Shown piece after piece: positions 35,765 through 50,166 of a DNA stretch of 54,941 bases; within the stretch, counting starts at the first letter, position 1; the number at the start of each line of letters is the position of its first letter. The notes under the pieces are model-generated. The model worked only from the letters and a program-made list of their open reading frames with translations. It ran no database searches and was not told the DNA's origin. The DNA lies in the NCBI GenBank assembly GCA_032718475.1, contig JAUCBJ010000446.1, positions 1-54,941 on the forward strand, read 5' to 3'. The DNA is from Nemertoderma westbladi. Its lineage: Eukaryota; Animalia; Xenacoelomorpha. A program made the translations under genes and the position numbers.

Positions 35765-36860
35765 ATAGTATCAGCGCTGGTGTCTGGTAAAGCATGTAAT
35801 ACTTTTGACCCACTCAAGCTTCTAGCGAACAAATTTAGCGGCCGATGATTGACTTTGTATTCCAATAATTGTGACCATGTGTAAGTATGAGAATTGACCT
35901 TGCTCTTGTCCAGTCTCGGATGGATCCCAATTATTCACAAATAGTGAATTTGCTTGGAAACCATCCCATCTAGTATTTTATCTTGTATTTGAAACCTTCC
36001 TACAAGCTGCTTGACCACACTTATGGCATGTAGTCGATAGTGCAGGACAGTATCTGAAAGTACATCCTGTCCGCCAACATTTAGTACAAAGAAATGTACT
36101 GGTATGTGCCCTTGTTGAAGAGTGTGGATTATTAGACCTTCCATTATTTCTACCCGAACTGCTAGATGTAAACCTATTGTTTCTATTAATAGTGATTCTT
36201 GGAGTACCGTGACCAGAAGGAGCTCTCTGGTTTCTGTTCAATGCATTAACTTCTGTACCCATCCCTGTGGCATTTAAGTTCGAATTATTATGTTTGGCTG
36301 ACTCCAAAGCTTGGCATTTTGTTAAAGCATCCACCAATGCAAGGTCCATCTCTAAAAGAAGCAACTCCAACCTATCTGTGTCAATAATTCCATCAATTAT
36401 TTGGTCACGTATTGCCTTACTTTTGCATAGTTCATTTCAAAAGTAACAGATTTTCACAAGATCTCTTAAGGAGATAAGAAAATCGTCAAATGACTCGCCA
36501 ATCTGTTGTTTCTGTTGACGTAAACGATAATGCTCTACACTTTCATTCATCAGGCCTTTGATGTGGGCTGTAAGATGCCTAAGTACCTGCTCTTGATCTG
36601 CTGCGTGCTCAGCAGTACCCCTAACACTAAGGTTTCATTAGACAAATAGAGATTGAGTACTTGTAAGTGCATTTCTGCTGGTTCCCGCACTAATTCAGAA
36701 AGATGTTCTTCTTCCATACTTCAAATTCTGAACATCGTTCCACCTCGAGATCCAATTTTGAAAGATCGCTGAAGCGAAACACATAAGGCATTATTCTTAT
36801 TGGTAACGGTATATTATCATCAGCTTGATCTTCCAGTTTTTCTTCAAGTTTAGGCCCTAT
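35765..36860 (-). mobile_element. Third Gypsy relic (gag, zinc knuckle, protease)
   Basis: ESFDDFLISLRDLVKIC, IRDQII, CPALSTTCHKCG and LPDTSAD; many stops and frameshifts. Confidence 0.75.
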
Positions 36861-37010
36861 TGTGACAATCTAGTCAAAAGGATAGGATTGGAGATAATCG
36901 TCACTAGTTTGCAGTACCAGTATTATCATAGGCCTAACAACCTGACAACCGGTATTTTAATAATTAATCCTATAATTCCAAACGTTTAAGATTTCTGTCA
37001 ATGCCGGTTT

Positions 37011-38542
37011 CCCAGTTAAAAATGGTAATATGTATCATATGTGAATTACATGTGTCATGTGGGAAACTTATGCCTAACAAAAATATATGCAGCAACATAA
37101 TTTCAGCAAATAAGCAGAGAATGTGGTAAAGGCACACATTAAATCTCAGTTTCATGTAATTGTGATTGATATATTTAAAACATATGCCTTTGACACACAA
37201 TAATTTGGGCATTGACATATCAGATACCCATAAGATTAACATGTGCTACTGTAAACATGACAGAAAATTTATGGTGAGAATATGTGTGGAATTTGTGCAA
37301 AACATATGCCAGTCACAGCTTATGTTCTTCTGTACATATCTCTGTGTCTATTTTCCCATGCCTTCTCTCATTTTATGCTAACGGTGTGTTTATTTGACTC
37401 AAACACTTTTATGCGGATGAAAATCATCACATTGGTTGTCATAGATACCTACGTCAATATATTAAGTCAATATAGTGAGATAGCTACGGCTACGTCAATA
37501 TACTGAGATAGCTAAAGGTCGATATTGTATTGAAATAGCTAAAAGTGGATATTGAAATAGCTACGTCAATATATAGATACAGTACATCCTGCCGACACAT
37601 TACGTTTTGCGTCCATTCCGATAGTAGAGTACCTAAAATGAGATTACCATAATTAAAGCTATCCCAATGTCGTTTTTACAATTGTTTGATAATTCAAATT
37701 ATTTACAACATAAGCCTATCAACAAAGCATTTCGCAAATAGAATACTTTTCATATTGATATATTTTCTTTTGATGATGATATATTTTCTAAACTCAATCA
37801 AAGGAAAAAATAATGTAACCCTCTCAAGGGATAAATTTTAGCAAAAAACATTATATCCTGTATTTTAGCATTTTATACTGTGAACATAAATAAAAAATGA
37901 AACGATCAAAAATTCAACTAGCGCAAAACACCAACCACCCCCCTTCTCCCCAACCCTCCCTCCACCCCCGACTTAAATGGCAAAAAACTTAAATTATTGG
38001 ATAGATTTATGGTTTATAATTATATATTAAACAGTTCTACAATGTACTATTTTTAGTAAATTCATACTTATGAATTATCTAATATAGTTGAAAAGAAGAT
38101 CAATTATATCGATTTTAATATTCGAAATAATATTTTTTGATCGTCGCTGAAAGTTATATAGGATACTCCTCAGTCTTAATGAATTATATATTTTCATATG
38201 TACTCAAGCAATTAGATATCAGTATGTATAGAGTATAGTAAGTGTAGGGCCGTAGGGTGTAGACATAGACATAAGATAAGGTAGGCTAATCCCCACCCCC
38301 TCTCTCAATCACAGCATGCACTAGGAACGCCCTGTGATTGGATAGACTGTCTCAGCGTACATTGTTTGCTGGGATGCACAGCACAGGCATATATGCAACC
38401 ACTATGTTTATAATTTTTGGAGCATATATGCTTAGACATATGCACTGCATATGGGTCTGGACTGTTTCATTTCGATGTATGCCACATTTGTGTAAAATAT
38501 TTATGCAGCCACATATGATGCACATAGTTGTTTTTCACTGGG
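37011..38542. mobile_element. CMC/EnSpm-like non-autonomous element
   Basis: Ends CCCAGTTAAAAA..ATCATATGTG and CACATATGAT..TTTTTCACTGGG; TT on both sides as a 2-bp TSD. Confidence 0.6.
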
Positions 38543-39354
38543 TTGATGATAGGCCATCCGTTACTGTATTCTTTAGTCTATACAAGGTTGAGAGTAACTT
38601 GCAGCGCCACATATGATAGATATTGGGTTGAAATATCAATATTGGGTTCACAGAAATAATATAAATAAGTATGCAGTAGGCCTAGTACTGTAATACCAAA
38701 GTACCATACTGGTCCTTTGGTTCCCTCCACCTTCCACCAGCTCTTACATGCAGACTAAAGTACCGAAGTAGTACAGTACTAGATAGTAATCCCTCAACAT
38801 AATCCTACAATCTGTGATGTCATTAACATTCAACAAGTACCTTGGAAAGACACGATGTCATTATTGCCAGATGTTCCTTCATGACATTTGATGCTGTTGT
38901 GTTGCTATTTCGATAAATTGAATCTATATGAAATTCGTACTTCGCTCGATTTTTTGTGTATTGTAATAATTAAGATAATCTAATAACACCACAATTCTTT
39001 ACTTATATTGATTTACCTTGTCATCTATCTCTCTAATCTTGTTTGATAAAAAGTTTGCTATCACTTTAAATTGCTGTAAATTACCTATTTGAAGGAATGT
39101 AAGTAGTTTGTTGTATATTGAATGTATATTATAATGGGTAGCAATGGCTATTTAATTTATGTAAGTGAATAGTGGATATTACTTTTATAATAATAATCCT
39201 GATTAAATTATTATATTTATCTCAAAATTAAGTAATATTTATTAATCTGAATAGCTCAATAAACTGAATCCTCTATACTTATCTTTGGATTTATCCTTAA
39301 ATCTTTTATTATTATTTTAAATTATTTTCATATCAGGAAGAATACCTCAGGGCC

Positions 39355-39587
39355 ATGCCTGGTTTAATTGATCGATTTCATTCCGAATCTAAGATCACCT
39401 TGTCCCATTCCGAAGTGGTAACATACCTCTGCGGCTATGCCCTGACTTCAACCTTCACGCTCACATATACAAATGAGAATGAAGAATCGTGCCACAGTCT
39501 TTTCGTCTTCCCTCTTGGAGAAGAAGTAGCAGTCGTATCTCTCACAGTCATGGTAGCAGGAGAGGAACCTCTAGTACTAAAACTCAG
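39355..39587 (+). CDS. VWA5B1: VWA5B1-like, coding exon 1 (VIT domain)
   Basis: MPGL...CGYAL..TLTY.N...LFVFPL matches the VWA5B1 N-terminus; GCCATG start; donor AG/GTAGGC, phase 2. Confidence 0.85.
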
Positions 39588-41174
39588 GTAGGCATATTTA
39601 GGAATTTGTTAAGCAAAACTTAAAACAAAACATATTATTATATATACAATTTCTGCTCTTATCAAGTTCTAAAAGCTATTATTTCATGAAATTTATTGAA
39701 ATGAATCGACATAAAGCGAATGATAGAACTATATTGTTGGGGGAGCAACGAAGTCTATGTGAGATGTGGTATAACTAGTGAATGTAGTTTAAGTTCCATT
39801 GTCGGCAGCTAGGGGGACAAATTGTAAGAAATATAGAAGTCCTATTATAGAAACAACCATCATATTCATCTGAAATTTGGTAGGATTGATCTGGTCCACT
39901 AATTGGTTTTATACAAAATAAATGGTTGAATATTTAGGTTTTTGAATGTGGCTTCTAATTTTTGTGTATAAACATTAAACACCCAGTATATCCAATTTCT
40001 AACTCGGTATTTCCAATTATTTTAAATCTTATTGTATAAACTATTGAGTGTGTATCATTATGTTAGGCACACTGTTATTCATTTTTGTAGCTCAAACTAG
40101 GATTATCTGGTTCATTTTATAGCTATAATCAGCCCATAATATCTCAATATGCTATCTCTCTCTCTCTCTCAATTAGAAATCTTACACTGACAATATGTCA
40201 ATGTTACTATATTATGCATATAAGTTTATTAAGCAGGTTGCCATGAAATAGCACTAATGAGATTGACAGTGCTGTCAAATTTCATTTTATAAATTTCCCA
40301 AAGGTGTGCTCAAATTCTATGCAAAAGTTGCTATTGTATCTTAAAGCAGTAAATCTTCCTTTGACGGGAAGATAATCATTAATGACCCTGACTACTGTGA
40401 ACATAAATAATTAGCTTAGTGAGTGTGTAACCGTTGACACATTGTTTGTAGTGGCATCCATATACAGTGGCATCCATATACAGTGGCATCCATATACAGA
40501 TATATACAAAATCAAGAAAAATTTCACGATTTAATTTTCTAATGATTGTTGCTGGGAAATTATAGCCTGGCATCGTGATTTAATTTTTCTATTTCTCACT
40601 AAAACTGAATGTAAAATATGTAAAATAATACCAATGTAAAATAATAATAAAAAAATAATAATATGTAGGTACTTTTAAAATTACTTTTAGAGATCTAGGA
40701 TTGTATTGAATCACAAAATATTAAAAGATGGTTTACAATTTTATCCCGAGCCTTTTTTTATATTCTATATTATAACGAAATTTTACAATTTACATTGTTC
40801 ATGCTCATACTTCACAGTTACTACAGGCTTCACAGATCCAAACATTTCCCTCAGTAATCATAAAAGGTTGCCCTGGACTAAAACGATTTATAAGTTGCAA
40901 GATAGAAAGACATATAGATAGAGATATAGAGAAGAATATAGAGATATAAAGTATAGTATAAAGAAATAAAGTATAGTATAGAGAAATAAAGTATAGTATA
41001 AAGATTGTAACAAAGAAACAGTTGAAAAATGTTACATAACATTCCTATATTACAGTCCTATATATATATACACATGATATATTCCTCTTTCATATAAAAA
41101 TATAAATAAATGACCCTAAGTGGTAATATAACTTATCATTAAGCCAATTCCAATTCCAATATATATTTATTCAG

Positions 41175-41782
41175 GGATAAATTTGAGAAAGATTACATCG
41201 ACGAAGGAAGAATTAAACCTGGGGAATTTGCATCTCCCCCTATGGATCACATTTTCACAGCCAATACTGGGATAATTCCAGTGAGAGAAAAGATTGTTCT
41301 CATAATGACTACAATTCAAGAAATACAACCAAATGAAGATGGTTCATTAACACTAGTCATTCCAGAGATATCCTGTCCTCTCTATAAACCTTCAATTACC
41401 AACAGTAAAATTAAAAGAACAAATTACTTCGGATTTAAAAGTAATTTATTGCATAATATATTTCCTGCAGTTTTGTCTAGAAATAACTACCTTTCTGGAG
41501 ATAAGACTCCACCACCTTTCCGCCAACTAAGTAATATTGCTTATGAGCCAGTGGTGAACTTAAAACCGTATACATTTACCTTCCGCCTGGACATTGATAT
41601 GAGTTGTCTACTCTCTGGGGTGTGGTCCCCCAACCAAGCCATACGCGTGGACGCGAATCCAAATTCAGTTGATGCGAGGAGTGTGTGTGTCACTCTGGCA
41701 GAACCACATGCTCCCTCAATGGATTTAATAGTTGTCATCTACCCAAGTCAACATCATATTCCCCAGGCAGTTTTGGAAATGG
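41175..41782 (+). CDS. VWA5B1: VWA5B1-like, coding exon 2
   Basis: Acceptor TTCAG, frame-compatible (LR/DKF); YTFTFRLDI..CLLSGVWSP..IRVDA..P; donor G/GTAAGT, phase 1. Confidence 0.87.
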
Positions 41783-42762
41783 GTAAGTAAGTAAGTAAAA
41801 GTAATTAAGGTGCATTTTATATACCTAGCCCTTATATGGTGGTTTCAAATAATATTATAATGCGTTCTTTATAATGGTGTAGGCCTTTTAGTATGGCTAA
41901 TCATTGAGATAAGCAAAGAATCCTGCAGTGTAAATTCTTAGCTAATCTTTTCAGTAGTATGTGGTGTGGTGTAAGAGGTTTCTGTGGAAAAAATAATCTC
42001 TTTCCCTAAGCTAACCTTTCGTATTGGCGGGTTTCGCCTTTGATGGGTGTTCATGATTTCAAATTATATTTCGACCGTCATATGCTACTAAATTGAGTCT
42101 CTACCGTTTTTGAGATATTGGGATTATGTTATGGGATTAAGTTAATATATGGGACTAAGTTAACAATCAATGGTTCTTCTAATGTTCTTTGATTTTAAAA
42201 AAAGTATTGGGATGAAGCAATTTTTATCACTAATTTTAATTTGGAGAAGTTCAATTAATTATATCCGAGTTTGTTGAATTTCGCTTGTATTGGCAGGTTC
42301 GAGTGGATCGAGTGCACAACTTAATACACGAAAACAGAATATCTGAATTTCGGTTAATTTTTGTAAATTTCTGATATTCGTGACAAGGAATTCTTTCCTA
42401 CTATTTTATTTTAGAAATTTAACGATTTACTGTTATTGATAGAAGGTCTAACATTAGTACCAGTAAAGGAAACAGCTGTAATAATTCTCAATATGATAGT
42501 ATTTTAATGAATTATAATTAAAATAGTATATAAAAGATTGTTATATGATATAGCAAGAGTGTTTAATTAACCATTGTGGCCGTGATGGTTCATGGTTAAT
42601 ATACACTACCCTTTCATTGTAGCGAGTGAGTGAAGACGGCCAAGTACTGTAGGGTTGAGCACAGTGGAAGCATATGATGGTATTGACAGTTGGGAGGCCA
42701 TGAGGAGGTAAATTGCGGATATACAAGGTATCAGATAGTGTTTCCATATCTATATTTTACCT

Positions 42763-42836
42763 GAGCCGCTAGCTCAATGGTTAGAGCGTCAGACTTCCAA
42801 CTCGGAGGTCACCAGTTCGATCCCACCTGGACGTCA
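42763..42836 (+). mobile_element. tRNA-derived SINE head or tRNA pseudogene (TCC loop), intronic
   Basis: A box TAGCTCAATGG and B box GTTCGATCC; acceptor and anticodon stems pair poorly. Confidence 0.65.
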
Positions 42837-44889
42837 TTGCGGACTTTGCAAAAGATGTGCCCAACAAAAGGTTATATTAATACGAAACCACTCATTCACC
42901 CATAACACCAATAATAAACTGTAGTGGTAGAAATACTTTCTGCAATTATTTTAGTGGTACAAAGTTATAATAATAGTGCGGGAAAACACTATCTTTTTTT
43001 CACTGTTTTCTACAAAATTTATTGAAAATGCGTGAATTTTTCATATAAATGTAGTTTATGACTCAGATTAACACATTAAAATACTTTTTTTATAGGTTGA
43101 ATGTTTCTATTATAAGTGCGAGTGATGTTCATGTAAAATAGTACAATCCTTTTGTTCTAATTATTAATTCTCACCGATTTCTATTTGATTGACTCTCCCA
43201 AACTCCTCATTACTGCTGTCATCATTATATGCCTATGGTGTGATGGAAAATCCAGGCTCCGATATCATATAATCCTTGAACCATTGCACTTATAATCAGT
43301 CTTTATATCCTGTGTATGACTTCACTCTGCTGCTGCCATATAATATTTTTATTTAATTATTTTTTTATTAATATTGTTATATAGAAATCGAAGAATCCCA
43401 GTGTACTGACTACCACAATATATTCCTGCATGGTTACATCCTCTGGTGTCTCTATTCCTTGCAATAAACTATAAAATATATTTACTGCACTTTGTAATTC
43501 AGTGCAGTACCATATAATGAAGCATATAATGATACATATGCTTTACATAATTATGTATATTTCTCTAGGCCAATATAACATTAATATTATATAATAATAT
43601 ATAATTAATATATTAATTATATATTAATTAATATATAATTAATTATATACTAATTAATTATATTTAAAAAAAATAGTATGATCTGATGTGATATATGATC
43701 TGATATTACGATTCTGAGTATTTTCATAACAATACGCATAACTAACTATATTACTATATGGTATTTAAAGTATTGATGCCCTTTATATATTGTACATTAT
43801 TATTCAAGGCCACAGTGCCACCAGGAAATCATACTGAATTCGGGGGGATGAGTGGGTGTCTCAGCGCCGATTCAACCATCGTGTGCACCCATAGAGGTGC
43901 AATATTTTACCTATAATACTACATATAACTACAAAATATTGATAATTTCGAATTTTACTAGCTATTTTGTAATGGTGATCGATTTAGTGACCACCCCCTG
44001 GGCATTTAATTAGGTCATTTACCAACTTGCTTAAACTAGGCTGACCTTGGGGAGTGGGAAGTTTTGGCGTAGCTACTGTATAACATTAACTGTGCCATCT
44101 ACCCATCCATCCCATGGCCACGTGGGCAACATTGTTGACCTCCTCAATGACATCCTATAGGTCTCCTTGGTATCCGCCCAGCCCAGCAAGTCTGACTGTT
44201 AGTAGTCACTGCTGCCTCGCCTCTACCAAGCAAGGGATTCGGCATCACATGGGGTCACACGAAACAAAAATTTTTACGATAATATTATATATATATATAT
44301 ATTTAACGAGAACTTTTATTAATTTATATATCACCAAGCAGTGTAAAGTAATATATAACCAAGCAAAAAAATTACAAAAGAAGGTATATATATCTTCTTT
44401 TGTAATTCTTTATAACTTTACTTTCATTATGAAACCACTACTGACACCTACCATTTTTTTCTGAAATTTGTTACTTACCTTCAAGTGTGATGTGTGCCTG
44501 TGCATACTATATGCAGATAAAGTATTCGACGGCACCAACCAGTACAATATTTTCAGCAAGTTTATTGACAAAGGTGTACTATTTTATGTGGATAGTAATC
44601 CATTGCATCGTGTATGCTGAGATGCTGTCTTATCTAACTCTTTCAGTGTTACTACAGTGTGCGGTATACTGTCAATGTTGATGACATTATCATTGCCTTT
44701 AATTAATGTAAAAAATGGAAGAGGGTGTGGTGCATAGTTCACTCAGTTAGTAGTGACAACCATTTAATGAGAAGGGGAGTGGGTTATCCCATCCTCCAAT
44801 GAATCAATGCATTTATATTTCGCGAAGGAATATTTGAAATTAAACGGCAATTATTTGAATTATAACCACTAACTTTCTTTGTTTATTAA

Positions 44890-45388
44890 CCCTATCCATA
44901 CCGGGGGGGGGGGGGGGGGGACTTTTGGAGACGCACTTTATTTGATTGCTTGGTTCAAAGCCAAACCACATTTATTGCAAGTGAAATTCCGTTACTTTTC
45001 CTAAAATTTATTATTCTTTATCTTAAAACAAAAATTTATTTTCATATTATTATTTATGACCATGAAAATGACTCGTAAACTGACCTGTCTCTGAAACTGT
45101 CATATTATTGCTGAACTATTGTAGGAGGGAAATTTAAAATTCAATCAATTTAATATCAATTTAAAATCAATTTAAACATAATTATAGTATATAAATATTA
45201 TATTTGAGCATTAGATGTGGCATATTTGGATAGAGGAATAAATTTTGTATCTAAAACTTTTTACTTTAAAGTAATATCATCACACCACACAAAGTTATAT
45301 GCTTCCAAACTTTACGTCCCCAAAAGTCCCCCCCCCCCCCCCCCCCCCCGGTAGTTTGAGCGTCTAAAATACCCCGGTATGGATAGGG
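44890..45388. mobile_element. piggyBac-type MITE (TTAA TSD)
   Basis: Perfect 17-bp TIR CCCTATCCATACCGGGG; TTAA at 44886-44889 and 45389-45392; subterminal IR GGGACTTTTGG.GACG. Confidence 0.93.
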
Positions 45389-46559
45389 TTAATGCTATCG
45401 AAAGCTGAAAGTGTGAAATGTCCCCCCTATCAGAGAATGGATAGCTTTCACCTTGCTTTTAACTTTTCGATAACTTTAGGTAGCTATCGTTAGCTTTCGG
45501 TAATTGTCCTCCTTCATAACTATCCGCTATAGCCAGTTACCATATTATTTAATCGAAATCAGCTGTTATTTGCATCGGTTCCCTCTTGCCGAGTATTATT
45601 AAGAACTAATATTTATGGGTATTTCAAGTGGAATTAATTAACTCTTACCTGCCGGAGGTTTCAGCTAAGATGTTATTATTTCAAGGTACCAGGTGCCTTA
45701 TCTTAATAAGAATAAATTACTGAGGCAGTGTCCACTGAATAATGTCACAAGGCTTGTAAGTGAACAATTAATTCACTTTAGCTGAATCGAATGTCCCAGT
45801 TAATATTTTAGTTTATGTAGCTTTCAAAAAATAAAATAAAACTCTATGTCGGGATTCTATTTAAATTAACATACAACATAATTTACAAATTTCATTTTAC
45901 GATGCCACCTGTTATTTGCATTAATAACGAAAATTAACTTACATTTTTTGTTCCTTTTCCACATATTATCCTATATATTTTAATCCTTTTTTTGCATTTC
46001 TAGCTTTATCAGATATCATTTTCACATGAGGATTTTCCATCATCTAAGGATTTGTAATTATGATTCCCAAACTATGAAACTTTGAAATAATGTAAATAAA
46101 TGTACGCCCTTATTAGAATATCCTCCTGATTTGCACTGCTATATGATTACAAAATCGCCATCAGCATGTCTGAGACTGACTCAGCTATAACAAATAAACC
46201 TTACAAACAAAATCCCCAGGAGATTTGTATTGGTGCTGTCCACAGAGTTTTAAAGAATATGTAATTACTCTAGCTAATTAGTGTTCCTCAGTATTGTCGA
46301 TTCGGTTCTTTGTAGAATAAGATAACTGGAGCAAAGATTAAGATGATATTAGAAAACTTAAAAGTTTATGGCTTATGTTGTGGGATTAATATTTATTTTA
46401 TCTGTTATATTTTTTTATGATAATAACAATTTTCGATCTCTACTACTTAGTAGTATAGTGGGAGATAGTGGAAATGAGATCCTTCCAGGCTTCCTGATTC
46501 TCCATAGTTTTCGCAATTTCGTTTCTCCCAAGTTCAGTATCCCTTTCAAGTTGATCTAT

Positions 46560-46900
46560 ATATGTTATGGCCGGTCGTCCACGACTACGCGTTCCATGTG
46601 TTCGTTGCCTGAAAAGTAGATCTGGTATGACCTCGTCTTTACTTCGCCAGCAGTGCCCACTGAATCTTAATCTGCATTCATGGAGGGGCAGCAGTTTATC
46701 TATGGAGGTCTAATTCTATATAGAATAATTTGGTTGTATATTTTGTCAGCTACCCCTACCACAACAGACAGATCCCACGATAGTTTGTTGGTATACCGAA
46801 GTCTCATATCTTTTAGAGAGGCTTTAGTTGACCTTTAGTCCAAATTGATGGTGGCGTATCGCTTTTCCCCTTTTAGCATCTGGTTGCAAAATATCCAATA
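46560..46900 (-). mobile_element. Old RTE-like LINE RT fragment
   Basis: PSIWTKG..PTNYRGICL..KIYNQIILYRIRP with stops. Confidence 0.6.
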
Positions 46901-47375
46901 ATGGTCTGTTTAGAACTCCTGTTTTCCGGCTAAGAAATTATTGAACTCAAAAACAAACTTTATCCCACTTTATACGTATTAAATGTTAAACAAGTTAAGA
47001 TTATAGTATTTTAAATTAATTTTCTAAATATATAATTACTGATTTTAAACGTATTAAGCCAATAAATAATGAATGGAACGCGAAATAACAATTATTTAAA
47101 ATTCAATTTTTTACAAATTACCGGGAAGAACATTGATTTTTTTTGTGCTCGCAATGCGCATTACACATGGATATTTTATGTTACTACCGGGTATATGATT
47201 TCAATTTTCAGAAACAAATTATTCCTTTACTTGTATAAAATATAGATGTAAATACAGTTGTAGGAGTTTAAACAAACATAAACATGAAACTAAACATGTA
47301 TAGATGATGTATAAAAAATTATTATAATATAATAGTTATTTTATTCATTGTTAAACTTTTTTAACTAATTTACAG

Positions 47376-47819
47376 GGAGTATGTCATCATCTGAATATGA
47401 AGATTATGTTAGAAATTTGGTAGAAAGTTCCGATGAAATTGCATCTGACACATCAATGAAACATTCAGAAATTGTCCGCAGTAAAGCACACCAAGACCTA
47501 ATGAAGAACACCTGTATAATGCTAAGTTACTGCCCTAACTTTCACGAGCTAATCACTCGGCATGAAGTTAATAACCCCGACCAGTTCCTAGGAGAATTTA
47601 TATTAATAGTTGACTGTAGTAACAGCATGTCTGGGGCTCTAATAGCCAACGCAAGGGAAGCCATCCTCCTGTGGATGAAGAGTCTACCAACAACATGTTT
47701 ATTTAATATTATATCATTTGGTTCGACTTTCAAACCGTTGTTTGATAATAGTCGACCCTTCATACAGGATTATCTTCACGAAGGACATAAAATGGTTAAT
47801 AAAATGCGAGCTAGTTTAG
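47376..47819 (+). CDS. VWA5B1: VWA5B1-like, coding exon 3 (start of VWA domain)
   Basis: Acceptor TACAG; GEFILIVDCSNSMSG (MIDAS DxSxS) and CLFNIISFGSTF; donor G/GTAAGT. Confidence 0.9.
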
Positions 47820-49221
47820 GTAAGTAGTATATTAAATTAGAAAGGTAGAATTTACAATGTTAAATTATTAATTTCGGGAAAGAGCATGTTACAGAAGCAC
47901 GTTATTGTAACCAAAACAATAAACGAGGTTTTAAATAAATAATTGGGGAGTACAGCTAGACTGTTGCCGCTAGGTAGTACCAGTTCCCTAAGCGGTTAGT
48001 TAATACTACATCAGTAACTAATACATATAGGCTATACTACGGAATTACTGAGACCCATGGCACCAGGGGTCGTATGCTTAGTTCGTACTAGGGGTAGTTA
48101 CTGAGGTAGGTTATACTTCATACTATGGTAGTTTGAACTAGTTCAAATATGCTCAGTCACTAACAGTATAGTTTGAACTATAGTTTAAACTATAGTTGGT
48201 GCTTGTTTGCTTAGCAAGCTCATTAGCAGGCTACCTAAGCTAGTTTCGTCGAATTTATCTAAATAATGGCCGATTTTCTGGAAATAATTGAGACGAATAA
48301 CAATCTACAAACCAAACCAAAATATAATGTTTTAGAACACCTGGTAAATTGGAATTTCGTAAAAATATAATTCGAAAATTCGGCTACCAGTCTGACAGAC
48401 GAAAAATATACATCCCAACCGCATATAATAATTGAATGACCATGACCGTGGCGCAAAATCAACTATCAGAAATTGTGGTTTCTTGAAGATTTTGTCACCC
48501 TTAAATATTCAATCAAACTGTTTGATTTTGATTCCTTAAATTATTACTTATTGACACTTGTACAATTAGCAACTTTACTCATATCAATTTATTTGATTAA
48601 AACAAATGAAATGAATTGAAATGTTAGTTTAGTTAGTTAGTTAAATTTAACCACACAGTGTATAATGTTACGGTGATTTTAAAATTACAAAAATTAAGGA
48701 AGACTGCAAACCTATGCAATAGCCTCTTCAGGTAAATATACATTCATAGGTAGGTAGGTATGTAGCTAGCCATAGCTTTAGTACTGATTCTGGTACTAAA
48801 CTGAGAGAAAACGAATGGAAAGTTAGACAATAGATCCATCTGATAGACACTTGACAGCCAGTTTTGCGCTGGAAGGTTTAAACTTTAAGGCTATTATTAT
48901 TTCCGAATGAAATTTTTCACTATTCAAATTACTACTCCTACGCCATTTTTCAACATTGATAAAATAGTTATATCCTAATTGTCAGTAATTTTAAATACCG
49001 GTACAGTAATGGTAGAGATATTTTACCCTATTGTGTACTTATACTCTCACTTATCCGAAGACAAATGAAACATTCGCAGTCATTTAGATGTCAAACTTAG
49101 ATAATGACTAAAAATAATAATGATAATGATCTTCTTTTAGTAAGAAGATGACGTGTAGAATAAGTAGTAAGTAGGATTACATTAATAATATTATTGAACA
49201 TAGGCTACCATTTGGTTTCAG

Positions 49222-49372
49222 GAGGTACAAATCTTTTTGGACCATTAGAGTGGGTTTACCGCCGTCCAGTACGCCCAGGGGTACCTCGTCAGCTGTTTAT
49301 ACTCACAGATGGGGCGGCGCGGAACACTCAATCAATAGTGGATCTTGTACGAAGAAATAATCACACCACTCG
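49222..49372 (+). CDS. VWA5B1: VWA5B1-like, coding exon 4; gene continues past the window
   Basis: Acceptor TTTCAG; GGTNL..PL.WV..RQLFILTDG; donor CG/GTAAGA. Confidence 0.9.
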
Positions 49373-49602
49373 GTAAGATTACGTGTAAACATAGAATAAT
49401 TCTTCAAAGTGGTACATTTGGGAGAAAACGTACACATTTTGAAGAAATTTTGCGTTTGTCGTGTAACAAAAACAAACAATCGTTTAATTATTAATTATGT
49501 TACTATTATATCAAATTTTCAATGCTCTGGTGACATTCGTTACGTTTAGTTGGCGAAAACGCGATTGAGCCGTATACACCGTGACCTGACACAGCCTTGA
49601 TA

Positions 49603-50166
49603 CAGCTATAGTTTCACATACCTCCTCCTTGCTGGGTGAACCAGAATTTTATTTTTGCTTTTATTACACTACAAGTAGTATTTGAAAAATGTGTCTCCAG
49701 CGATTATTGTACCAGTACACGAACTGCAGTTATTCTTTAATTGTATATTGATTTACCATGTTCTAGAACATATTGTTTATGTATGAATATCCACGTATTA
49801 GTAGTATTATATAGGCAATGCATTGTTGCTAAGCTTCTTATCTTATGAGATAAACAACATGTTTTACTTTAATATTGTTCCAGAATATTGCGTATTTATT
49901 AAATATAATAAAAATGGCCTACATTAGAAGCAAATACATTCAACATTCGAACGTCCATATCTCATCTATTTCCAAACCAAATTCAAATATTTTTACATAT
50001 TTTGAATCCTTGGATAGCCAGCTATCCATTGCTACTGCATAACTGCAGTACAACTGGAGCAATATCGCTGTATCATGTTTTTCAAACACTTTGTAGCTAA
50101 AGAATAAAAGCAAAAATAGTAATTCTGGCTCACCCAGCAAGGAGGAGGGAGGTGAAACTATAGCTG
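49603..50166. mobile_element. MITE with long imperfect TIRs (~130 bp), possibly Tc1/mariner-derived
   Basis: CAGCTATAGTTTCAC..CCTCCTCCTTGCTGGGTGA.CCAGAATT is inverted at 50121-50166; TA on the left only. Confidence 0.8.

Noticed and set aside
42763-42836. Functional tRNA-Gly gene
   Set aside because: Acceptor and anticodon stems do not pair properly; kept only as a SINE head or pseudogene.
44114-44464. 116-aa ORF as an extra VWA5B1 exon
   Set aside because: Exons 2 and 3 join in frame (EMG/SM) and match the expected contiguous protein; this ORF has no homology or splice support.
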